A stretch of 64,000 nucleotides of DNA. Source: an uncultured Candidatus Saccharibacteria bacterium. Lineage in GTDB: Bacteria > Patescibacteriota > Doudnabacteria > UBA920. Shown piece after piece: positions 8,360 through 17,881 of this stretch. Each line of letters begins with the position of its first letter. Position 1 is the stretch's first letter. A program made the translations under genes and the position numbers. The notes under the pieces are model-generated. The model made no database searches, was not told the DNA's origin, and worked only from the letters and a program-made list of their open reading frames with translations. Location of the stretch: assembly GCA_964416765.1 (NCBI GenBank), contig CAYQEU010000001.1:130541-194540 (forward strand), read 5' to 3'.

Positions 8360-9556
8360 ATGGCTTATTTATTTGCCTTAACAATTATCCTGGCGCCGCT
8401 CTATGTGTGGCGCTTTGCTATTTCCGGAGTGCCGTTAAATTTCTTAATGGTATGGCTTGCCTTTGTCACCGCTACCGCGTTAATCTGGATAATTTACAAA
8501 GGCGAGTTAATGCAGTTTGTTCGCTATACCATATTACGCAATAAAATTTTGTTCGCTTTCGTTGCGTTGTTTTTTCTGGCAAGTTGCATTGGATTGGTCT
8601 CAAATGGGTTTACGATTGACCGGGCGGGACAGTGGATAGTGTTATATGCCGAGCCTATCGCCCTCTTTTTCGTACTGCGCTATATTGCCGCCAATAATTC
8701 GCAGACGCACCGCGCCGTTAAGTACGCCATGTACTTGTTTCTGGCCGCTTGCGGGGTATTGGCCCTGGCGCAATATTTCTTCCTGCTCGGCCTGCCCTCT
8801 GACTGGTGGGGGAATGCGAATGAGCCGAAGCGGGCCATCGCTTTTTTTGCCCACCCAAATGGGCTGGCTTTGTTTGTCGCGCCTTTGCTGGCTTTCCTGA
8901 CCCCTGATTTATTTACCAAACTGGAGCAACGTTCCTGGCGCGCTAGAGAAACTTTGTTAATTTTGGCGGCCTGGATACTTGGAGCCATTGCCTTGTTTCT
9001 CTCCCTGTCGCGCGGGGGTTGGCTTGGCTTTGGTATAGCGGCCGTGATTTACGCCGTATTCGTCGCCAGTAGAAAGTATTTGAAGCCGACACTAGCGGTG
9101 CTTGCTATAATGGCGGTTCTTGTTGTCGCCGTGCCAAATTTGCGCTACCGAATTGTTTTGCCCTTCTACGGGGAAAAGTCAGCCGCTGCACGCATTAGTC
9201 TCTGGCATACCGGGGAAGCCATGGTTCGCGACAATCCGATATTCGGCAAAGGCGTAGCCGGTTTTGGCATCAATTGGGACAAATACAATACCGACCCGAA
9301 CTTGGACCATTACAATTCGCCCCATAATATTTTTTTGAATTTTTGGATTGATGTGGGTTTGCTAGGATTAGTTAGCTTTTTGGCATTATTAGTCTATGGC
9401 TTAGTGGAAGGACTGCGTCACCGACGGGATATTTGGAAGATAGGGTTGGCGCTGTTTATTATTGCTATCTTTTTCCATGGGCTTATAGATACTCCGTATT
9501 TAAAAAATGATTTGGCGTTGGAATTTTGGATAGTATACGCCTTAGCTTTTATATAG
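8360..9556 (+). CDS. O-antigen ligase/polymerase-like (Wzy_C domain) membrane protein
   Basis: 398 aa polytopic; LSLSRGGWLGF and HNIFLNFW(I)DVGLLG segments typical of WaaL/Wzy_C family. Confidence 0.5.
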   Translation: MAYLFALTIILAPLYVWRFAISGVPLNFLMVWLAFVTATALIWIIYKGELMQFVRYTILRNKILFAFVALFFLASCIGLVSNGFTIDRAGQWIVLYAEPIALFFVLRYIAANNSQTHRAVKYAMYLFLAACGVLALAQYFFLLGLPSDWWGNANEPKRAIAFFAHPNGLALFVAPLLAFLTPDLFTKLEQRSWRARETLLILAAWILGAIALFLSLSRGGWLGFGIAAVIYAVFVASRKYLKPTLAVLAIMAVLVVAVPNLRYRIVLPFYGEKSAAARISLWHTGEAMVRDNPIFGKGVAGFGINWDKYNTDPNLDHYNSPHNIFLNFWIDVGLLGLVSFLALLVYGLVEGLRHRRDIWKIGLALFIIAIFFHGLIDTPYLKNDLALEFWIVYALAFI

Positions 9557-9648
9557 TGTTTTTAAACTAATTTTGAATAGATATAAGCTCTGGGTTGTGC
9601 TCAGGGCTTATTTGATATAGTATCGTATAACAAATAGGAGCAGGGGAT

Positions 9649-10449
9649 ATGGATATTATGTCTGATACTAAGAAGCCCAGACCACGCAGCGGCGTGGCTG
9701 AATTGTTCCGGGAAAACCTGCTTCAGATCATGGAAAGGAAACTCCATTGGTCTGACCCAGCTTTTGCCGGTCTCGTACCGAAAGACCTTATGGTTTTTCA
9801 TTTTCAAAACGAATATGCCGTATTCGTTCAGCCATTTCCCGACTATATGGAAAACGTCGCAAAACGTTGTCCGGTTAAGGAAGTAAGGGATGACCTAGTG
9901 AGCAACATGGAAGAGGAGCGCACCGGCATGCATTATGCCGGACGACCCCATCCGGAGTTGTTCCTGGAGATTCCGAAAGCGTTTGGCTTCGACCTCGATG
10001 AGTTCGAAGACGTTAAGCTCGGCCCCGCCGGCCGAACCTACAAAGCCTACTTAGGTTACGCTACTTTGTTCTATCCTTGGGGAGTCGGAGCGGCTATCAC
10101 CACTTTATTTCTCGAAGGGAACAGGTACGAACGTTCCGTGTTCGACCCCAGCGCGCCCAAGCGTCCAGAACCACCGCTGGAAGAACATCCTCTCGTAGCG
10201 GAATACGGAATACCAGTCGAAGCGCTTGAGCTGGTACGCGTTCACCGGGAACTCGACAGCGCCGACGGCGAGCACCGGCTTGCTGCGTGGCGCATGCTCC
10301 TGGACCACGTTCCCGAGGAGCAGTACGATGCCGTCCTTGAGGGGATGGATAAAGCACTCATGCTTTGGCGGCGTTGGCGCGAAGAAGTTGCAGCGGCGTG
10401 TGGCATCGTAAAGGGCGATAATGGCCAACCACGGTTGGCAGGCATTTGA
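9649..10449 (+). CDS. heme-oxygenase-like fold protein (CADD/PqqC/TenA family; iron-containing redox enzyme family)
   Basis: 266 aa; N-terminal FHFQNEY...EEER..H pattern typical of PF14518-like proteins; strong SD AGGAGCAGGGG; locally GC-rich (about 60%). Confidence 0.45.
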   Translation: MDIMSDTKKPRPRSGVAELFRENLLQIMERKLHWSDPAFAGLVPKDLMVFHFQNEYAVFVQPFPDYMENVAKRCPVKEVRDDLVSNMEEERTGMHYAGRPHPELFLEIPKAFGFDLDEFEDVKLGPAGRTYKAYLGYATLFYPWGVGAAITTLFLEGNRYERSVFDPSAPKRPEPPLEEHPLVAEYGIPVEALELVRVHRELDSADGEHRLAAWRMLLDHVPEEQYDAVLEGMDKALMLWRRWREEVAAACGIVKGDNGQPRLAGI

Positions 10450-10455
10450 ACTAAA

Positions 10456-10487
10456 AACACCTTGCTTGGCGGGAGCAGGGTGTTTTT
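10456..10487 (+). terminator. intrinsic terminator after the heme-oxygenase-like gene
   Basis: AACACCTTGCT/AGCAGGGTGTT stem followed by TTTTTAT. Confidence 0.6.
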
Positions 10488-10523
10488 ATATAACAAAAAA
10501 CCGCCTTTAAGGCGATATTTTGC

Positions 10524-10598
10524 TGGGGTGGCTAACGGGGATCGAACCCGTGATAACGCTGCCACAGAGCGCTGTGTTACCACTACACCATAGCCACC
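10524..10598 (-). tRNA. tRNA-His (anticodon GTG) with encoded G-1
   Basis: 8-bp acceptor including G-1:C73; anticodon loop CTGTGGC; T loop TTCGATC; encoded CCA. Confidence 0.8.
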
Positions 10599-10751
10599 AT
10601 ATAAATGAAAAATCCTACCCACAGGTAGGAATCGGCCCTAAACCTGCTGTGTCAGGCTGGATTAAATCCAGCAGTAATATAGCAAAATCAGCTTCGGTAG
10701 TCAATTGGTTTTTATTGTACTCAAGTCAATACCCGTCAAAATCGGCCACTC

Positions 10752-10780
10752 TTGTTACTTGAAACAATATGGTGTAAAAT
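10752..10780 (+). promoter_or_regulatory. sigma70-like promoter (TTGTTA-N17-TAAAAT) for the 511-aa gene
   Basis: Hexamers with 17-nt spacer about 40 nt upstream of ATG 10817. Confidence 0.45.
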
Positions 10781-10816
10781 GCGTTTTGTATTTGGTAAGA
10801 TATTCCTTAATTCTGT

Positions 10817-12352
10817 ATGGATCCCGCAGACCCAGACCCGTCTACATCGACATCAAAAGACCGCATTTTACAATCCCTCAAAGAAATAGAACAAGCAGTT
10901 TGGCGCAGAAGGCCAATTCTGGAAGAGATTGTTCAAAAACGATCCGATAAAAGTTTATACGAATATACTCAAGGCTTTATCGACATAAATCCGGTGCCGC
11001 AGCTTGAAGCGCGCAGGCCGGAGCTTTTTGCCGTGGTCCAAAAACTGTTAAGTCAGCGCTTAAGCGCCCGCGTGGCTGATGAGGTAGTTGAACAACTAAA
11101 AAAGTACCCGCTTGTTTCAACGGCTGACCATCATGGTCCCATTAACAACCCTTTTTTCGTTAACTCCAATATTATTTCAGGTATCCCTTACGTCACGGGT
11201 GCACCGGAAAAGCTAAAATACCTGGTAGATTTTTCCTTTGCCAGCATTTCCATAAACAATAGTTCTTTCCCGCGGGGGATTGAGTTTAATTCCGATATCG
11301 AAGGCACGGTTCGGATTCCGTTATTCCCGGACAAGCTGAAGATGGGGGTTGCTTACAGTATGCGCTCATTTACCCGTGAAGAACTAGACCGGGCTTTGGA
11401 TAATGTCAAAAGCAAGGAAAGAGAAACCCATATTAGCAAACAGAAGTCGGACGCGATGCAAGAATATATGGAAAAATATTATGGTGACCCGGAGGTTCTA
11501 GGGGCCAAAGATTTTTCCAGCCAAATTACAAAGCTTAACTATTTAATGTGGCCAAGCCTTTTTAGAGATGGTGAAGTGCCAAACCTGATCTATTTGGAAA
11601 TCGAAACCATTGTGGCTGAACTTCTCCAACAGTACCATTTCAAAGACACGGAATCCCTCATACACAAGTTTTTGTTTGATCCGAACTACTATAAATTGGT
11701 GCTGCGCTGCTTTGAAGGTATTGATGGCGCGTTTTCGGTAGATGAAGGGCGCGGCAGTTATATGTTTTGGGCCCTGGATGATAAATGCCGCCGGGTCGCT
11801 TTGCATCTTAAAGAAGGCCGTTTGGTTTCCAATAATGGCGAATATGATTTTGCATACACACCGGAAGGCATGGCTAAGGCTCTCGAAAACAAACAGGTGT
11901 TTCCGGGTATGCTGCTTTGCTATTTGATAATTGCACTTTACTACGGGATGAAATGTTTGGGCGGCTTTAGCCAGGTCCATGACCTGACTTTAACCAAGGA
12001 AGCCTGGATGGAATTCCTGATCCATCTCGGTAAAAGGGGAGAGGTAGATGCTGTTATGCCCATGCAGACGAAAGAGTACGGGGGAGACGGGATGCTGTTG
12101 GCTTATCTGCCATCAGAAGACCAGGTTCGACCAGCTTATGGGATAGAAATGGGTATAGGTGAAGTGAGTCAAACTTTTGGGGATTATATTGAATCGGCAA
12201 AACGGGTAAACATTTTGGAAGCCGTGGAACCGATGATGCCGGAGATCTATCAAGTTCTTTACCCCCAGGATGAGCGCATCGCTGATTTGAGCGATCTCAC
12301 CCTCTCGGACATCGCCAAGGCAATCGGGCTTTTGGAGAAGCTGCGCGGATAA
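10817..12352 (+). CDS. conserved-looking hypothetical protein, 511 aa, no recognisable catalytic motif
   Basis: Long uninterrupted ORF with own promoter; soluble; segments such as STADHHGPINNPFF and GGFSQVHDLT; no family assignment possible by eye. Confidence 0.55.
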   Translation: MDPADPDPSTSTSKDRILQSLKEIEQAVWRRRPILEEIVQKRSDKSLYEYTQGFIDINPVPQLEARRPELFAVVQKLLSQRLSARVADEVVEQLKKYPLVSTADHHGPINNPFFVNSNIISGIPYVTGAPEKLKYLVDFSFASISINNSSFPRGIEFNSDIEGTVRIPLFPDKLKMGVAYSMRSFTREELDRALDNVKSKERETHISKQKSDAMQEYMEKYYGDPEVLGAKDFSSQITKLNYLMWPSLFRDGEVPNLIYLEIETIVAELLQQYHFKDTESLIHKFLFDPNYYKLVLRCFEGIDGAFSVDEGRGSYMFWALDDKCRRVALHLKEGRLVSNNGEYDFAYTPEGMAKALENKQVFPGMLLCYLIIALYYGMKCLGGFSQVHDLTLTKEAWMEFLIHLGKRGEVDAVMPMQTKEYGGDGMLLAYLPSEDQVRPAYGIEMGIGEVSQTFGDYIESAKRVNILEAVEPMMPEIYQVLYPQDERIADLSDLTLSDIAKAIGLLEKLRG

Positions 12353-12381
12353 TATATAATTAGGGTAGTTAATTTCCCCAT

Positions 12382-13110
12382 ATGGAAGCAATATTATTTG
12401 GCATCGGGACTTTTATTTCTACCTTGGCCGGCGGTTATTTCGGCATTCGTAACCGGGAACGGCTGCATTTGATCATCAGTTTTACCGCTGGTGTGTTAAT
12501 CGCGGTTGTCTTTTTTGATATTATCCCGGAAATATTCGCGTCCCTGCAGCAAAACAATCTGAACATTACAGGTGCCATGGTGGCGGTGGTGGTGGGTTTT
12601 CTTGCCATTCATGCTCTGGAAAAGATTGCGGTGGTGCATACTAGCCATGAAGAGGAGTATTCTGACCACAAACACCCGCTGGTTGGTAAAATTGGCGCGG
12701 CGGGACTGGCTTTCCATAGCTTTCTCGACGGCGTGGGTATTGGGCTCGGATTCCACGTTAGTCCTCACGTCGGTTTGCTGGTTGCGATCGCCGTAATTGC
12801 CCACGACTTTTCTGACGGTCTAAATACCGTCAGCGTGATGCTACTTAACCGCAACACCTTAAAGAAGTCCGTAAAGTATTTGGTTTTGGATGCCGTGGCT
12901 CCGCTGGTTGGACTGGCCTTAACCTACTTATTTGTAATCCCTGAGCGGTGGCTGGTAATTTACCTGGGTTTCTTCGCGGGATTCCTCCTCTATATTGGGG
13001 CTAGTGACCTGCTCCCGGAAGCCCACAGCAAACAAAGCTCGTTAAAAATTGTCGGGCTTACAGTTGCGGGAGTACTATTTATATTCCTCGTGACCCGCTT
13101 AGCTACGTAA
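12382..13110 (+). CDS. ZIP family metal (zinc) transporter, ZupT-like
   Basis: 242 aa, 8 TM; HSFLDGVGIG and HDFSDGL metal-binding motifs. Confidence 0.75.
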   Translation: MEAILFGIGTFISTLAGGYFGIRNRERLHLIISFTAGVLIAVVFFDIIPEIFASLQQNNLNITGAMVAVVVGFLAIHALEKIAVVHTSHEEEYSDHKHPLVGKIGAAGLAFHSFLDGVGIGLGFHVSPHVGLLVAIAVIAHDFSDGLNTVSVMLLNRNTLKKSVKYLVLDAVAPLVGLALTYLFVIPERWLVIYLGFFAGFLLYIGASDLLPEAHSKQSSLKIVGLTVAGVLFIFLVTRLAT

Positions 13111-13897
13111 TTGTTGTTTCCTGGAGTTCCGCGTCGCCAAACCAACCGGTGGCGCGTTTTTTTATTTCGGGCGTTAGGGAAGTTACAAACAATTCCCGTG
13201 AACCGGTCCTTGATATAGTTGTTTCCAGCTCAGGGTGGCGTTGTAAATAAGCCTTAACTTTGGCGGGGACTAAGTCGCCCTGGGCGATGATATTTATGTC
13301 CGGCAGATCATCTCGCAGCTTTTTGGCCAACAGCTCATAGTGGGTGCAGCCCAAAATTAAAGTCTGGATCCCTTCTTCAAGGAGAGGTTTAAGATATTCC
13401 AAGGCTTCTCGTTCCGCTTCGGCTAAGTTACCCTGCTCAATTAGGGGTACTAGTTTAGGAGCAGCCTGCTCCAACACCTCAGCCTCAGGCAAAAGTTTTT
13501 TTAACTCCAGGGAATAAACTTGCGATTTAACTGTTGCCGCGGTAGCCAGAACTCCAATTTTTGGATGGGGTGACTTGGCTATCATTTCGACGGTCGGAAT
13601 AATGACTCCCAGCACGCGGCGGTTATCAAATTGTCCGGGGAGGAAACACTGTTGGATTTTCCGAAGAGCCTGCGCGGACGCGGTATTGCACGCCACTATA
13701 ATCAATTCACAGCCCTGCTTAAACAGCCAATTCACTGCCTGTTCCGTGTACAGGTAAATCGCCTCCGGGGTTTTGTCGCCATAAGGCACCCGGGCGGTAT
13801 CGCCGAGATAAACATAATCATATTCCGGCAGTTCCTGGGCAATGCGCTTAAGCACTAACAAACCGCCCAGGCCGGAATCAAATATACCTATTTTCAT
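13103..13897 (-). CDS. murI: glutamate racemase
   Basis: MKIGIFDSGLGGL, YLGDTARVPYG, ACNTASA, GCTHY motifs. Confidence 0.9.
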   Translation of the reverse strand: MKIGIFDSGLGGLLVLKRIAQELPEYDYVYLGDTARVPYGDKTPEAIYLYTEQAVNWLFKQGCELIIVACNTASAQALRKIQQCFLPGQFDNRRVLGVIIPTVEMIAKSPHPKIGVLATAATVKSQVYSLELKKLLPEAEVLEQAAPKLVPLIEQGNLAEAEREALEYLKPLLEEGIQTLILGCTHYELLAKKLRDDLPDINIIAQGDLVPAKVKAYLQRHPELETTISRTGSRELFVTSLTPEIKKRATGWFGDAELQETTIT

Positions 13898-13912
13898 TTA
13901 GTAAGTTTAACG

Positions 13913-15550
13913 CTACCTTAGGTGGGCTGTAAAGAATTCTGGGGTAGCCTCAATTTTCTTGTTGGGGTTGAATATATCGGCCGGATCGAAGATCATCTTG
14001 GTTTCCATGAATAAATCGCAAATCTCGCGGGAATACATCTTTTTAAGGAAGAATCCGCGGATAAGGCCGTCGTTGTGTTCCGCGCTCATTGATCCGCCAT
14101 ATTCCTTAATCAGGTCAAAAACCTGGTTGGACATCTCGAGGATGATTGCTCGGTGCTTTGGGTCCTTAAAGTCCATCAGTGGCATAATGTGGAAGTTAGC
14201 GTCACCCGCGTGTCCGGCAATGGTGTACACGAAAGAGGGGAACTTCGCGAAGATTTCGTATAGGCGGGGCATGAACTCAGGCAGCTGGTCCGGATGCACT
14301 ATTATATCTTCAATAAAGCAAGCCGGGACTTTATCTATATTATGAAGCCTTAGCATGTTGTAACTCTCGCGACGGATGGTCCAATACTTCTGCAAACTTT
14401 CAAAGGTCTGGGAAATTTTAGCGTTCATGTGGTATTTGTCCTGAATTTCATTATGCGCCTGTTCAAGCTTTTCCTTAACTTCTTCCGGGTTGTACCCAGT
14501 AAATTCGGCGAACAGAATGGTGGCCGGAAGACGACCGAATAATTTTCGCAAAACGTCCGGAATGAGACTGAAAGCTAATTTCAACCGGTTGCCTTTCATT
14601 TTGGCGAAGATTTCGGGCAGGTATGTAATGGCCAGGCTCAAGGTTGCCTTATCATACAATTCAAAAGCCTCAGGCTTGTACTGTTTGATGGTATTAACAA
14701 TGTTGCCGATCTCGTGGAGGTCGGGCAGGGAAATCACCAAGAGTCCGCTGGACCGCTTAGGCTTCACCAAACGGAACTTAATCTTGGTAATTATTCCTAG
14801 TGTCCCTTGGGAACCCACGATAACCTGCGCGAGGTCAAACTTTCCGGTTTCTTTATCATAGATGTTCCAAAGGTAATAGCCGGAAGAGTTTTTTGAGGTA
14901 GAGGGCCTAGCCTGTTTGATGGCATCGTAATGGCCCGAAACCATCTCATACATTTTCCGGTAGAGGTTTCCTTCAAAGTCCTTTTGGGCAATTTTGGCTT
15001 TTAAACCGGCTTCGTCCAGGGCTTCCACAAAATATTCTTTACCGTCCTCCAGAACCACCCAAAGCCCCTCAACGAAATCCTTAACTTGTCCGTAAGAGAG
15101 GGATTTTTCGCCTCCCGCGTTATTCCCAACCATGCCGCCCAGCGCGCAATACGCTTTGGAAGCAGGGTAGGCGGGCATGAGCAGTCCCCGGGCTAGTGTT
15201 GATACTTCAAAATCCCGGTACCATACCCCGGGTTGGGCGATGGCGTAATCCTGGCCGACTTCTTCAATCCGGTTCATGTGTTCCATTACGTCAACAATAA
15301 TGGAGTCGTTAATGGAACCTCCGGTCATGTCGCTTCCGGCCGCGCGCGGGGTAATGGAAAGCTCAGGATGGTCGACTTTCTTCTCTCGTACCCACTTCAC
15401 CAACGCCTTTACGTCATCGCTGTCTTTAGGGCGAACTACGCATGTAGGCTGGATGCTGAAAATGCTGTCATCCCTGCTGTATTTTGTTAACGTTTCCTGG
15501 TCCGTGAGGACTTCACCTTGGATTTTTTGTTTCAGTTCATCAAAGTTCAT
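13913..15550 (-). CDS. FAD-linked oxidase (GlcD / D-lactate dehydrogenase / alkyl-DHAP-synthase superfamily)
   Basis: 545 aa; N-terminal FAD_binding_4 (PCMH) pattern RAAGSDMTGGS; C-terminal FAD-oxidase_C region. Confidence 0.8.
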   Translation of the reverse strand: MNFDELKQKIQGEVLTDQETLTKYSRDDSIFSIQPTCVVRPKDSDDVKALVKWVREKKVDHPELSITPRAAGSDMTGGSINDSIIVDVMEHMNRIEEVGQDYAIAQPGVWYRDFEVSTLARGLLMPAYPASKAYCALGGMVGNNAGGEKSLSYGQVKDFVEGLWVVLEDGKEYFVEALDEAGLKAKIAQKDFEGNLYRKMYEMVSGHYDAIKQARPSTSKNSSGYYLWNIYDKETGKFDLAQVIVGSQGTLGIITKIKFRLVKPKRSSGLLVISLPDLHEIGNIVNTIKQYKPEAFELYDKATLSLAITYLPEIFAKMKGNRLKLAFSLIPDVLRKLFGRLPATILFAEFTGYNPEEVKEKLEQAHNEIQDKYHMNAKISQTFESLQKYWTIRRESYNMLRLHNIDKVPACFIEDIIVHPDQLPEFMPRLYEIFAKFPSFVYTIAGHAGDANFHIMPLMDFKDPKHRAIILEMSNQVFDLIKEYGGSMSAEHNDGLIRGFFLKKMYSREICDLFMETKMIFDPADIFNPNKKIEATPEFFTAHLR

Positions 15551-15588
15551 ATGATTATATTATACCACTAGTTGTAATTGTCAGGTTT

Positions 15589-16113
15589 ATGTGCCATACT
15601 TGGAGCGACACTTTTTCTGGTATGACTAAGAAAAACCCCAAGAAACAAATCAACGCCACACCCGTTGAAAGGTTGGCTATTGCCTTGACCGAATCTATTG
15701 GTTCGCCGTTTTCGGTTGTAGTCCATACTTTGCTGTTTATCGGGATTTTTGCGTTACATCTTTTTGGTATCAGCTATGAAAGCATACTGTTGCTCTTGAC
15801 CACGGCGGTTTCTCTGGAAGCCATCTATCTCGCTGTGTTTCTTCAAATGACAGTTAACCGAAACACCCGCAGTTTGGAAGAAGTAGAAGAGGATATCGAT
15901 GAAATTCAAGAAGACGTTGAAGGGATGGAAAAAGACATTGATGAAATTGAAAAAGACATTGATGAAATTCAGGAGGGCGTGGAAGAAATCCAGGAAGATG
16001 ACGAGGAAGAAGAGGCTACCGAGCGGCACACCCGCGACGCGTTGGCCAAAATCGAAAGCGGCCTCCAGCATTTAATGGCGGATATTGAACGGCTTAAAAA
16101 GCAAAAGAAATAA
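15589..16113 (+). CDS. DUF1003-family membrane protein with acidic repetitive C-terminus
   Basis: GSPFSVVVHTLLF...SLEAIYLAVFLQMTVNRNT core typical of DUF1003; probable start at internal ATG 15622; repeats (K/E)DIDEI(Q/E)E. Confidence 0.55.
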   Translation: MCHTWSDTFSGMTKKNPKKQINATPVERLAIALTESIGSPFSVVVHTLLFIGIFALHLFGISYESILLLLTTAVSLEAIYLAVFLQMTVNRNTRSLEEVEEDIDEIQEDVEGMEKDIDEIEKDIDEIQEGVEEIQEDDEEEEATERHTRDALAKIESGLQHLMADIERLKKQKK

Positions 16114-16116
16114 AAG

Positions 16117-16146
16117 ACTTCCCGGAAAGGGGAGTTTTTTATTTCT
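16117..16146. terminator. bidirectional terminator between DUF1003 gene (+) and ABC exporter (-)
   Basis: CTTCCC-ggaaa-GGGGAG stem flanked by A-run and T-run. Confidence 0.6.
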
Positions 16147-17881
16147 CTGCAATTTGCTGGCGCCACAGGGCATAGTATAGCCCTTTTTCTTTTAGGAGCT
16201 GCTCATGAGTGCCTTGTTCGGCTACTTTGCCCCGTTCAAGGACCACGATGTTGTCGGCGTGCATAATTGTGGACAGGCGGTGGGCGACCAAAACGGTTAT
16301 CAGGTCGGGATTATCCTGTTCAATGCTCTTAATAGTGTTGGTGATCTCTTCTTCCGTTAGCGAATCCAGCGAAGAGGTCGCTTCATCAAAAATGATAAGG
16401 TCAGGTTTACGGAGCAGGGCCCGGGCAATGGCCAGACGTTGCTTTTCGCCGCCGGAAAGCTTGAGGCCGCCCTCGCCAATGCGGGTATCTAACCCCTTGC
16501 CACCCCGTTCAATCAGACCCAGCGCGGCCGAGGATTTAAGGGCAGTGACACATTCTTCATCAGAAGCATCGGGTGACGCGAACAGAAGGTTCTCCCTAAT
16601 AGTTCCGGCAAACAACTGGGTATCCTGAGAGACTAACCCGATTTTTTTGCGGAATTCTTCCAGATCAATTTCATTAGCATCAGTTCCATTTATACTGACG
16701 CTGCCGGAAGTAGGGTGGTACAGTCCCACCAAGAGTTTAACAAGGGTGGTTTTGCCGCTGCCAGATGGCCCGGCAAAGGCCACGGTGTTTTTTGGCTTGA
16801 TGGAAATGGAAATGTCTTCCACCGCGTTATCCTCACTCGAAGCGTATTTGAAAGTTACATTGTCAAACTTGATGTCATTGATCTCGCCCACGTGGACGGG
16901 GTGGTTGGGTTTTTCTTCGGCCGGGGTACGCAGAATTTCATCCAATCGGTCCAGGCTGGCGCGGGCTTCCTGGTATTGCTGGGCCACGTTGCCGAGGTCA
17001 CCCAGAGGGGTGAAAATGGCAAATGAGTAAAAGAGGAGGCTAAAAAATTGTCCTAGGCTAATGCTGTGTTGGAAAATTAAATAGAGCATCAGGAAAAGCA
17101 GCCCGGAGCGGAGCGCGTTAATGGCTGTGCCCTGGACGAAGCTGAGTGTCCTGACCAATTTAACCTTTCTAAGCTCCAATTCGAGGATTTGGTCATTCAC
17201 GTCATTCAGGCGTTTGATTTCCTGTGTCTCCAGTCCCAAGCTTTTTACCAATTCCACGTTGCGGATAGTTTCCGTGGTTGAACCGGCCAACTCAGCTGAC
17301 TGTTTGATGATTTGCTGCTGGGCCGTTTTGATACGCCGGCTAATGAGAAAGGTAACGGTCCCCAAGGAAGGAATGATCGAGAAGTAGACCAAGCCGATCA
17401 ACCAGTGCACGTAAAAAGCATAGCTCAGGACAAATAATATCCCCACTAAGGAAAGAAAGATGGAGTTAATGGAACTGGCAACCAGGGCCTGCGCGTCGGT
17501 ACGGGCTTTTTGCAGCTTTTGGAGGAATTCGCCGGATCGTTGGTCTTCAAAAACCTGATAGGGGAGGGAAAAGGAATGGGACACGCTATCCGCGTACATT
17601 TTGGTTCCCAACTTTTGGTTTATGACATTCACGTAGTAGTCCTGGAAGTTTTTTGCGACCCGGGAAACGAAGTTAACGAACACCGAGGCCAACAGGAGCA
17701 AAGCCACGCCTTTGATAAATTCGGCCCGCGACAGCTCATTAAACTTGGTCGCGTAGTTGTCTATGATATGGCGGAAAATCTGCGGGTCTGCCAGGGAAAA
17801 CAGCTGATTGGTCGTGGCCAGAAAAATAGTAAATAGCAGCAACCATTTGTAATTTTTTAGGTAATGGATAAGTAGCTTCAT
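16139..17881 (-). CDS. ABC transporter, fused permease/ATP-binding exporter (MsbA/bacteriocin-exporter type)
   Basis: 580 aa; 6 TM + NBD with Walker A GPSGSGKTT, signature LSGGEKQRLAIARA, Walker B LIIFDEATS. Confidence 0.85.
   Translation of the reverse strand: MKLLIHYLKNYKWLLLFTIFLATTNQLFSLADPQIFRHIIDNYATKFNELSRAEFIKGVALLLLASVFVNFVSRVAKNFQDYYVNVINQKLGTKMYADSVSHSFSLPYQVFEDQRSGEFLQKLQKARTDAQALVASSINSIFLSLVGILFVLSYAFYVHWLIGLVYFSIIPSLGTVTFLISRRIKTAQQQIIKQSAELAGSTTETIRNVELVKSLGLETQEIKRLNDVNDQILELELRKVKLVRTLSFVQGTAINALRSGLLFLMLYLIFQHSISLGQFFSLLFYSFAIFTPLGDLGNVAQQYQEARASLDRLDEILRTPAEEKPNHPVHVGEINDIKFDNVTFKYASSEDNAVEDISISIKPKNTVAFAGPSGSGKTTLVKLLVGLYHPTSGSVSINGTDANEIDLEEFRKKIGLVSQDTQLFAGTIRENLLFASPDASDEECVTALKSSAALGLIERGGKGLDTRIGEGGLKLSGGEKQRLAIARALLRKPDLIIFDEATSSLDSLTEEEITNTIKSIEQDNPDLITVLVAHRLSTIMHADNIVVLERGKVAEQGTHEQLLKEKGLYYALWRQQIAEK

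Noticed and set aside
10600-10680. Nested hairpins (CCTACC-caca-GGTAGG; CTGCTG...CTGGAttaaaTCCAG...CAGCAG) next to tRNA-His as a riboswitch
   Set aside because: They are short and lie on the 5' side of a minus-strand tRNA. More likely processing or terminator-like structures; there is no conserved riboswitch core.
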